Part shown: one piece after another, positions 15,685-26,618 of the stretch | Layout of the letters: each line of letters starts with the position of its first letter | How positions within the stretch are numbered: position 1 is the stretch's first letter | Position numbers and translations under genes: made by a program | NCBI RefSeq assembly: GCF_009914755.1 | Contig: NC_060931.1 | Direction: 5' to 3' (one strand) | Length of the DNA: 64,000 bases | From: the human T2T-CHM13v2.0 reference genome, Homo sapiens | The notes under the pieces: generated by a model | The model's database searches: none | The model's input: the letters and a program-made list of their open reading frames with translations, nothing else | Told to the model about the DNA's origin: nothing

Positions 15685-15853
15685 ACAGTCCATGGCAGAC
15701 CATAGAATAATGCAACAGGAAAAGCCCCTTTTTGTGTATTATTATTTAAAAATAAAATACAAACAACAGAAATAAAACAAAGATTCAGCAATTCTCTGTA
15801 TCTTGCAGAAAAAAGGAAAAGCGCAAAAACGCCCTGCTTGACTGTCACTTGTG

Positions 15854-16075
15854 TTAATACACGTAGCCTTCGTTGTAGGGGTGGGGGTTGCAGCAGCCCC
15901 CTTCCGGCATGTAGGCCATGCTCTCATCAAAGTGAGAAAGAGGCACTGTGTCCTCCTCGTTGATGTGACGTTCCATGTCTGTCTTCAGCAGTGGACGCTG
16001 ATTATCTGGAAAGGCCATGGAGAAAAGGGCTTCTGGATCACACACAAACTTGTAGACATATCTCTCTCCAGCCAC
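15854..16075 (-). CDS. ETV1: ETV1 last coding exon (exon 14 CDS, 222 nt; VAGERYVYKFVCDP...NEGYVY*)
   Basis: C-terminal part of ORF 15854..16222. Acceptor CATCAG|GTGGCT; ends in TAA. Confidence 0.97.
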   Translation of the reverse strand: MAGERYVYKFVCDPEALFSMAFPDNQRPLLKTDMERHINEEDTVPLSHFDESMAYMPEGGCCNPHPYNEGYVY

Positions 16076-16637
16076 CTGATGATAACATGGAAGAGAAAAA
16101 CCCATCCTCACCATCGCCAGATGGGGAAGGACAGGAAGGAAAAAGCCAAAAACGTGGTTTAATATACAGGAAAGGATGGGTAACTCTGGCCCAAAAAAGC
16201 AAACAACTAATAGCAGATACACATAAAAAAAAAAAAAGTCTTTACTTTGTGGAATAAACTACAGTTCAGTCAAGGGAGATGCAAAATGTTGACCTTGAAT
16301 AATAATTAATTAATTCCAGATATAGCTAGGAAGCACAGGAATTTGCTTGTTTTAATATAGAGGTAAACTTACATCGTTGTTTTGAAAAAAAGTCAATTAT
16401 TTAATGCAGGCATTTCATATTGAAAGCTTTTTTTCTGCATTTTAAAAGGTAGTATCTACAAATCTGTACTTTTAAGGTACACGGTCCCTCTTAATATTAC
16501 ATATCTGAAATGGTAGAAAAACTAAATTCAAAATTTAAAAGAAAAATGTGCTTTATTCCCAATAAGACTAGACTAGTAATTCACTGATTCACAGAATAAA
16601 TGGATTCTTTACTTTTTTTCTTTTTTGGCAGTGTGTG

Positions 16638-16757
16638 TTGAAAGAAGAAAGAAAGGAAAGAAATAAAGAAAGACAGAAAGAAAAGAGAGAGAGAAAGAAA
16701 GAAAGGAGAGAGAAAGAAAGAAAGGAGAGAGAAAGAAAAAGAAAAAGAAAGAAAGGA

Positions 16758-16812
<55 letters not shown>

Positions 16813-16813
16813 G
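16638..16813 (+). repeat. (GAAA)n / purine-rich compound microsatellite
   Basis: ~175 nt almost purely A/G, with a pure (AAAG)n block at ~16757-16812. Confidence 0.97.
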
Positions 16814-18872
16814 ATACACAGCCTCATTTAAATGAAAGATGGATCAAAAGGACAGTATCCTGGGTACATCACTTTTAAAAATGAAGGCAAGATGCATTAG
16901 ACAGAGTTAAGGATGTGTGTAAAGTGTCAAATTGAAGTAAGAGGTGTAAAAAAGTGAAAGGAATTTAAAATACACAATGCACAGGGAGGAAATGAGAAAA
17001 AGAAATGTGACAACCGCCTGGAATAAAGAAGTAGTATAATTTATAGGGTATGACATACCCCAAACTTAAATTCTGAAGAGTAATGCTTCCCTAGAAAATT
17101 ATAAACAACTGAGTGAGATGAATACGCCTCTTGTTAATAGACAATGCTGAGATGCTCTCAAAACCCGGGGTGGGGGGATGGGTGGATGAATACAGTTCTT
17201 TCTATTAACTTTGATAGTCACTTTGTATGGGTGTGTGTAAAGGTATGAGATTTTAGAAAGCTGAAGGTGACACAACACCTCCATGTTCCTGTATATCAAC
17301 AAGGCATTTGCTAGTTGATTTTTGATGTGGGGCAACAGTGTGTTCCTGGGTTATAAAGTATTGTTATATCTTTGAGGGAAAAGTAACAATTGTCAATGAA
17401 TGCTGCTGCTCTGAATTCAAATTTAGAACATTTTTTGTTTCTTTTGCCCTGAATTTAAGTAAGAGGAACCACTTTAGAGAATTCAAATAATCTGAATGTA
17501 CCTAGGTTTGAAAGAATGAACATTTAGTAGTTTTTATGAATTTGGACCTGTTTCTTAGACTACCTCTCAGTGGCCTTTGCTGTGAAATGGAGACAGGAAT
17601 GGCGCCTCAGAAAGCCCATTGCAAGGTTGGGATGGAAGTCTCCAGCACAGAGCACTGTGCCAGAAACAGAGGAGTCTGGCATACATTTATTTACTTTAGT
17701 CCTTCATACAAAGAAAATTAAGATCTTAAAGGTGAAATGATGAAATGACCATAAACATAAAAATAGCACTATCAGGAACAAAGCTGAGATAGTAAATCCT
17801 AGTTTTCCTTTATTTTTTTCTTTGTTCAAAGTATTTGGAGAAAAAATAAAATAAAATAAATGGCCTGCATACCTCTGAGTGTTTTATAATGTGCTTTGTT
17901 TTGTTTGGGGCTGTGGAGGAAGAGACATTTGCTTTAAGTACTGGACTTCCTTTGACGGGTTGCTACTGGCTATACTTAAAAATTATGTAATAAATGAATT
18001 AAAATGTGTAACATGCAATCAAGCTTATGCAATCTCTCAAGGACTCTGCCTTTCCTCACTGCTTCCTTCTGTATTGCTTTTGAATAAACATTTTTAGGGC
18101 TACTACTTCATTTGCTGGACTATGTTAAATGCTACTGAGTTTAGAACAAGGGATGATAACCAACCAAGGGGAATGATGTCTTCCATTATGAGTAACAGAA
18201 GTACTAACGTGCAAAATGCTGTACATTAAGTATAGCCAAAATGCAACACTGAGACAGACAGAAAAAACAGGAATTTTTCCAGGGAGATAAATCAAAAGTA
18301 AACAAGGAGATAGCTTTAGAGCTGTGCTTTCAATGGCTGGATATTCAAATTATGTTTTATCTCTTAAAATTTCAGAAGTAATATGGGGATACTGAAGGAT
18401 AAATTAGAAATTATCAATTAAGTTAAAACAAAGGGTCTATAATTATATCATCCAGAATACAATCACCATTAACATATTGGTATATATTGTTCTAGGCATT
18501 TCCTAATTTTGAAATAGAAGTACACATAGGCATTGTCTGTAAGGTAAACATACGCTGTTCCATTGTTTCTTACTTCTTCTGTATTACTAAAATTAATTAC
18601 CAGTTTTCAATTTTTTTAACATGTTCAGATGTAAGTTATTTTTATTTTTCTCTAATCTTCTAATTTTCTATATTATATACACCACATATGCCCACAAAGT
18701 TTTAAGTTAGTGAACAAATATAGCCATATAAATATTTTCTCCTACATGTTAAAATATATAATTCAACATCATAGTTTTTGCTATTTAAAAAAGGACAGCA
18801 TAGTTTTCCTCTGAATGACTATACTAGAATTTACTTGAACATCAGAATGGTACATATCCGAGAATGTGATTA

Positions 18873-18953
18873 GCTGGGTGCAGTGATGCAAACCTGTAGT
18901 TCCAGCTACTCAGGAGGCTGAGGCAGGAGGATTGCTGGAGCCCAGGAGTTCAG
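18873..18953 (+). mobile_element. Truncated Alu monomer (FAM/FLAM-like)
   Basis: cctgtagttccagctactcaggaggctgaggcaggaggattgctggagcccaggagttc, with an abrupt end. Confidence 0.85.
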
Positions 18954-18969
18954 ATATACTTTACATTGT

Positions 18970-19130
18970 GCCAGTTACAATGTAAAGTATCTCAAGTACA
19001 TTATTTCATTTAATAATCACAGCAACTTTAATGAGGCAAGAATATCACCATTTACTAGGAAAATAATCTGTTCAAGAATGTAATCTGGTGAGAGGCTAGC
19101 ATTCAAACCTAATTCCTGACTGCCTTATCT
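18970..19130 (-). mobile_element. MIR fragment
   Basis: cattatttcatttaataatcacagcaac..atgagg..accattt..attcaaacc. Confidence 0.55.
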
Positions 19131-19867
19131 GTTACTGCTGTGCAATACTGCCCGGGGACACTGCTGAGCACCATCTGTGACAGCCCAGGCAATGTGCCCC
19201 CGCATTAGGAAGATGGTGGTGAAAAGAAAGGAATGGAATGTATTTGAAGGATCTTACTACAAAAAGGTAGGTGAGAGAAAGGGAGGAATTAGAAATGACC
19301 CCAGGGTTGAGATGAAAAAGACAGGAGGAGCAGGTAGTAAACTGTTATACATTTTGAAGGCATGATTGAGAAAACAGGAAGCAACTGAAAATCGAAGTCA
19401 GCCTTTTCTTTTAAGGATCATGGAAGTTCTAACGTCTGAGCCAGCAAATTCTAGGGCACTGAGATAATATGCCTCTTGTCAATAGACAATGTTCTAGGAA
19501 AGTCAACAGTGCTATTTTTCGCTGCTCTAATAAGCTTCATGTAGCAACTGGTCTAGTTTTTCTGGGTAAAACTATGGTGACATAAAAATGTGCCACAATC
19601 TATAACATGTAACTATGTTTACAAACCCTAAAATAAACAAATGATACAAAATAAAACTGTAACGTTCACAATAGGTAAATCATAAACTTGGTTCACAGTC
19701 AAAGCAATTAGATTTCTGTACACTTGCAAAGCTAAAGGGTGTAATAAAAACAAATATCCACGTTTTATCTTCATTCATTTATTTATTCCTTTCTTCAAAA
19801 ATGTTGTATTTTATTTTAAGTGTAATTCACTTGTTTTTTCTCTACTCTTTTTTAAAAAGCTACTCTT

Positions 19868-20170
19868 GGCTGGGTGCATTGGCTCATGCTTGTAATCCTA
19901 GCCCCTTGGAGGCCAAGGCAGGCAGATCACCTGAGGTCAGGAGTTCAAGACCAGCCTGGCCAATATGGCGAAACGCCGTCTCTTCTAAGAACACAAAAAT
20001 TAGCTGGGTGTGGTGGTGCGCACCTGTAGTCCCAGCAACTTAGGAGGCTGAGGCAGGAGAACTGCTTGAACCTGGGGGACTGAGGTTGCAGTGAACCAAG
20101 ATCACGCCACTGCACTCTACCCTAGGCGACAGAGCTAGAATCTGTCTCAAAACAAACAAACAAACAAAAA
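19868..20170 (+). mobile_element. AluSx-like
   Basis: Full dimer, (CAAA)n tail, TSD aaaaagctact. Confidence 0.95.
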
Positions 20171-20757
20171 GCTACTTTCAAATATTATGGGAAGCTCATT
20201 TGAAATAAAATATATTGAACTTCCACCAACCAAATAAGATCAAATGTTCATTTTTAATGAATGGTTTAGGATGTCAAACTATCAGATGATAAAACTAGGC
20301 AAGATTTGAGGCAAGGAAGAAAATGTTTTCACAAATGAGAAAAAGAAATGTCAGTTTTAAGAATCAAAACAAGAAAAAAGTACAAATTTATTCTAAAGAT
20401 TCTTTATTGCTATAAACAAAAGCATTCCAAAATTATATAATTGTAGACAATGTGCAATAAAAACTTCTGAAGACAGATGTGCTATTAATACTAAAACAAT
20501 CTTTTTTAACCATGTGCAGCAAAGTAGGACCTTCCAGAAAGCCTATTATTCTGTATACAATATCACTACACATTTGTCTACAATGTCTAGGCATTTATAC
20601 ATAGAAAGGCTTGTAATACCAAAACCAAGAGCTAAGCATTTGTTAAAATGAGTGAAAAACTCGCTTCAGCAATGCAATGATATGTGGCGTTTAAAGTATG
20701 ATGTTCAGATTAATGTGCAACATTTCAATGAATTTTAATGCTGTATTAGCTGCTCAC

Positions 20758-20859
20758 CTTTTGCATAATTCCTTTCTCATAGTAATAGCGGAGTGAACGG
20801 CTAAGTTTATCATAGTTCATAGCTGGCCTGTTTTTCTGAATGCCCCAACGTCGGGCCAC
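20758..20859 (-). CDS. ETV1: ETV1 coding exon (exon 13; 102 nt; ETS recognition helix, [34 protein letters not shown])
   Basis: Acceptor GCGGCAG|GTGGCC, donor AAAAG|GTGAGC. Contains the ETS signature [14 protein letters not shown]; phase 0-0. Confidence 0.98.
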
Positions 20860-21025
20860 CTGCCGCGAAACAGAATTACATTGTAGTGTTAAGTATTAAC
20901 TTATCAGCATATTTCATAAAAATTATTTAATTAATTACTTCCAAACCCACAAAAATGTCCAACTCAAGGATATAAGTAAAGTAGCAAGAGCTATCGTAAT
21001 CTGGATTTCCTGTCTCCTGGTTTGC

Positions 21026-21351
<326 letters not shown>

Positions 21352-23486
21352 TGATCCTTCTAAAACACCACAATAGAATTATTTGTCACTATTGTTTTGA
21401 ATACAAAATTAAATGGAAATAAGGAAATGTTCTTACAACAGGAATGAACAGGCTACAGTTCACCAAAATGAGGCACGTTTTTCATTCTGAGATATACTGT
21501 CTGTTTTATCCTTCTTCGTTTTTCAGACAAAAACTATAGATAAAGAGCAGCTTAGTGATCTCCTTGTAAAGGTGTTTTACTGAGGTTATGATAAGCCAAA
21601 GGAAAAAAGATACCCTGCTCAATACTATATGAAAGAGTGAACAAGTGACAATGTGTGTAGCAGAGGAAACAGTACACAAATTAATAAACCGAACTGCAAA
21701 TACTTTTTATTGCCTAAAGCAGCAGCCGAATAAAACTGTGGGTAATACCAAACTGAAGAATTAAGCATTCATTTAGAGAACGGTAATTGGATGCTAAAAA
21801 TAAGAAGGAAGTGGAAAAGGTCACCATGTATATGAGTCCACAAACAAAAATCTCTAAAGCAGAATGTCTACTCTGTTGTTTAATAAAAAAACTCAGAGCT
21901 TTTTATTATGTGGCTTTGGAGGAGCAATGTATCTAAGAGTTTTTCAATAGAGCTTTAAAAAAAATCCTCTCTCCTCAATGTATATATATCCCTACCTCAT
22001 CACCACCCCAGGCTAGCCAAAGCAGTATACAGAATAGTGTAGCTTGCTTTTCCTACCCCAGCTAAAGTCACTCTCTCATTAATTTCCACTTTTTATTAGT
22101 CTGAGAAGAAACTGCAGCTGCCACGCAAACCTAGGCAACCCCAAGAGGACATTATCTAATAGGGCTAGGGAGCGCCTTCATTTCCATAAAATTCCAAGTT
22201 GTTGCTATGTCATATATACTAAAATAGAATGCTTTTCAAAGAGATCATTCTGTCTCTCTTTGCTTTATTAGTAATAACCTTTCTCCAGGTTTTTTTTTTC
22301 CTTTAGAAATACCGATCCTAGCTATTTTCCCTCTCAGTAATTTTTATTCTCTGAATGAAGAAATAAAGTACTTTAATGACATGCATCAGTATGTTTTTTA
22401 AGAGTAGAGAGATGCGATGTAACAGGGACAACATCATATATCCCAGCAGACAATCACAGTGGCAGGAACATCTCAATTTCCCAAAGATAAACTTCATTTT
22501 AATGTAAATCTTCTGAGCAATAGTGAATTGAAGCGGGGGTGGGGGCGCTGGGGGGAGGCAATAAGAAATGAAAGCATTTTCTAAAGAATATTTCATTCAA
22601 AAACCTAACTATGGACATCAGTGAACCTTTAATAGGCATAGCAGCCGAACTATATGCAAACCTGGAGGGGATGTGAAAATAAAGTATTAGTATCTCCTTA
22701 AACAATAATTTCTGAATCCTTATTCATTTATAAAGGATTATTTTCTAGAAACTCACCAGGATGCACCTAGAAAATAAAATACTCACATACTCACAACAAC
22801 TTTAATACAATGTTGTGGAGGTCTCTGGAGAGAGAAATATGATTTTTAAAAATACCACAGAGTTTGATACTTATCATGCCAGTTCATTCTCAGCATCATG
22901 GGTATTAGTGGACATTTAAAAACAATAAAATGTAGTCTTAGAGTTGTTTTAGTGTCATATTCCTCATAAAGTTGAGGTAAATGGGAGAGAGCAATATGCT
23001 TAAGAGATGCAGACAAGACAAAAGTTATAAATTAACAGCGTAAATAATTCCAGGCCAGGTAGGCCAACCACCAACTAAGAAAGTTCATTCAGCCTTCACA
23101 TACGACCAACCAATCGCCACCATATCCAACACCACTCAAAGTCAAGGCATAGTTTCCAATATGGAGTGGGAAAAATGGTGGGAAAACTTCCAGTGACTTC
23201 CTTATATACGCCTTCAAATGAAAACTTGAGTTGTTAGTGAAGAGAGTAAAAAGATGATAGCACTATGGCATTCACCCTTATTGTCAAATAAATTAAATAA
23301 GATAATGTAATAGTTCAAGCATTAATCAACTTATTTTAAAATATCACGCTTGAATATGTAACACTGAACCTGATAACAACAATCAGGGCCTGGCTATCAG
23401 ACTTCCTGGTAACTCTTCCAGCTCAACAAGCTTCAATTTCATCAAAAGACTTTTATACTGAGTCTTACAGACGACTTTCTATGTTA

Positions 23487-23822
<336 letters not shown>

Positions 23823-26448
23823 CTAGGAGACATGACTAATTCAAAAATAGTATTTCATTATCTCAAATATCTAAGAAAAAGACATGTTAAAGATTATGCG
23901 TTTTCTAAAGTTACCCTAAACACACTGAGCAGATAATCTGTGCAGGTCTGGAGTCTCACTCAATATCATTTTAAAATGCAAGATGAAATATAAAGAAATG
24001 GAACCCATCAGTAATTCCAATAAGATGGCTTCAGAGACATCTTTCACGGACTGTGCTGACACAGGCACCCAATGAGCTGCTAGGCAGTAGAGGGAACAGG
24101 GTGACCACAGGTCACAAAGACAAGAAATTTCACAAACCCTTTCCAAAGAAGAAATTTAAACAAGACCCTACAGTCATTGCCTGATGGAAGTAATTGCAAC
24201 AGTCAGCAATGCAGCAATCAGATATGGGATGTTTCATTTTGAACAAAAGCCTTAGGAGACATTCAGTGCTTATTGCACAATTCCCATTGAGTTGGTTATT
24301 ATTTGGAAACGCTCTACTGACTCTGAATTATCCAGCCTCTTTTTAACTTTATGAGGCTGCTACAGAAGAGTTGTCTAAATGTCAGTCTGTTGTATGGAAC
24401 AGATGTAATTCTACTTCTTCCCTCCATTTAAAAATCACAGTAACTCAGAATTTGATGAAACTTAATGGTCATCTAGTCAAATCTCCTACTTACTCAAATC
24501 TGAACATCATAAAAGTCAACAGTTGCTATATAAAAAGCTTAATCATTTGCAAAAGAATTTTTCTTCTTCTGAGTGGATCAAGAAATACTGGCATAATTCA
24601 GTAATGTTCCCTATCTTAACAAATATATGGCAGGAACAACAACAAAAACCTCTGCTCAGTTCATTTTAATCACAGGTGAAGGGAAATAACTGTTTAACTG
24701 ATACAAATCCCTGTAGAAAGTGCTCAGTTCCAGCATGAACCAACTCTTGCAGTGATTATTAACATCTTCCATGAGGTGAAGAGCACACACTCCCATCATG
24801 CGAAAGGGCTTTCAAATTACTTTGTTAAATGCTTCTAGTCTCAATTTGTTAGTGCTTAACATTTTTGTGGTTCTTTCACTTACATCATGTGAGAGTATCT
24901 ATGAAAAAACTAATCTTCTTTGACAGCTAAGTTAATTTTAAACACACTACAGCATTCAAACACCCAAACGTCATCCTAGATAATGAGAATTTTCAAATAC
25001 TGACATTGAGTCTTCTGTGTGTGCGTGCTTGATGTGGGGCAAGGGAGATACTGCAAAACTAACCCTCTAGTGTTACTAAAGTATTGATATAAACTGAAGG
25101 AGACTTGACTGTTCTAACCAGTGCCTTTTATTTCATACTTTCAGTACATTCTCGAGTCAGATAATCTCTTAAATTTCAAGAAGTTATGTAAACTTATCTT
25201 CTGGGCATCAAATTAGGGCATATTATCTGATTATAGTTGAATACGTGGTTTAATAAAGACAGAAAATTCAAGATGATGGACCCAGTAGTCAAGGGTGTGG
25301 ATGTTCAGTGTATATGAAAATCACTTTGGGTTCAAACATTTTTTAAACTTACTGAATTTTTCAATATTACTGAGGTGTTTAGATTCAATACCTAATATAA
25401 TCAGTTAGAGGTATGGTAGCTAAAAATCTTCCATTGCTTTTTTGGCTGATATAAACTAAAGTCAATTTTAATAGTAGCAGAGAAAGTATCTTTAGTAATG
25501 AAGACACAACAATTTGATATCAACTTCACCTTTCCATCAGCAGTCCAAAATGCTATTGATGAGTTATGCTACAGGAACAATAGTAGCCTTAAGCCTAAAG
25601 CTAGTTCTGGGAAGAATAAAAACTGAACTGAGAAATTCTTCATGGAAATACTCCATTTGTATGTGGGGAGTGGGAAGGAGGGGACAATTGAAGTTAGTTG
25701 AAGGTGTCCTCCATTTCTCTGTACAGTATTATCTCTGTCCAGGCTCTTCTTATTTTAGTAATTTTTTATGTGCTATGGCAACATTTTAAACTTCATCCCA
25801 ACCTTCCAATGGAGTATGCCAGTCCAGCTGACTTGGAACAAGTGTCACGGAGAAAGGAAAATGTTTCTACCAGGCCTGTGTCTTGTAAGAGACACTTAAG
25901 GGCTGAGAATTTTCCACTGTTGCCCTTGCATCCCTTTATCCGCCACAGCTGTTTTTCCCCAATCTTCTTTTGAACATAACTTTGGCCTCTAAATGCTCCT
26001 CTCCAACCCTCATGACAAAATCCAAGTTGTCCAAATAATGATTGCTAATTTGAAAGAATAATTCACCCGTCCCCCAACCAGTTGACTTTTGCAGACATCG
26101 TTCCTCTCTCCTAAGGACCATAAAACCTCCCTCCTGCCTCTTTTCTCTAATTCAGATGCTCCTTTAGAAACCCTGAAGCCAGACATTCTTAAATAAAGGT
26201 GCAAAGCATGCTCTGGTTAATTTTCTCCAACATCAATTTTGTAGGATTGTATACAACCGGAAGGAACACGCAATACATTGGTGATTTTAAAGGTAGACAT
26301 GTTTTATCTTTGCATGCTTTTTAATTCAGAAAGTTTCCCTAAAGTCTTGAAATGATTAAGAATACATTTTTGGTATATTAATCAAATGTGTCAGTTTCTT
26401 TATGTTATAACATGTCTGAGTGTCCTAATTAAAATCTATTAAACTAAC

Positions 26449-26618
26449 CTCTTCAGGCTCAATCAGTTTAAATTCCATGCCTCGACCAGTCCAGGCAATA
26501 AAATGAGAATTTGAAGGGTCATCCAGAAGAGCTACCAAAAACTGCCAGAGCTGAAGTGATCCTCGCCGTTGGTATGTGGGTCCTTCCCGATACATTCCTG
26601 GCTCTTGTTTGATGTCTC
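26449..26618 (-). CDS. ETV1: ETV1 coding exon (exon 12; 170 nt; start of ETS domain, RRGSLQLWQFLVALLDD...FKLIEPEE)
   Basis: Acceptor TTTAG|GAGAC, donor GAAGAG|GTTAGT. Contains the ETS hallmarks LQLWQFL and AWTG. Confidence 0.97.

Larger units (their letters stand above)
11217..15853 (-). other. ETV1: ETV1 long 3' UTR (distal end approximate)
   Basis: AT-rich, repeat-poor sequence after the stop codon. AATAAA on the minus strand at 11234-11239 fits the ~4.6 kb UTR I recall for ETV1. The end is inferred. Confidence 0.7.

Noticed and set aside
16076-16222. N-terminal extension of ORF 15854..16222
   Set aside because: Intronic open frame upstream of a clear acceptor at 16075/16076.
16638-16813. 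GGAA microsatellite for ETS autoregulation
   Set aside because: The repeat is GAAA, with only isolated GGAA.
16589-16835. Phe/Leu/Ser-rich and Lys/Glu/Arg-rich ORFs
   Set aside because: Artefacts of the (GAAA)n tract.
22534-22558. G-quadruplex (G5-T-G5-CGCT-G6-A-GG); a similar tract lies at 17167-17185
   Set aside because: Only three runs of three or more G; no canonical four-run motif and no supporting context.
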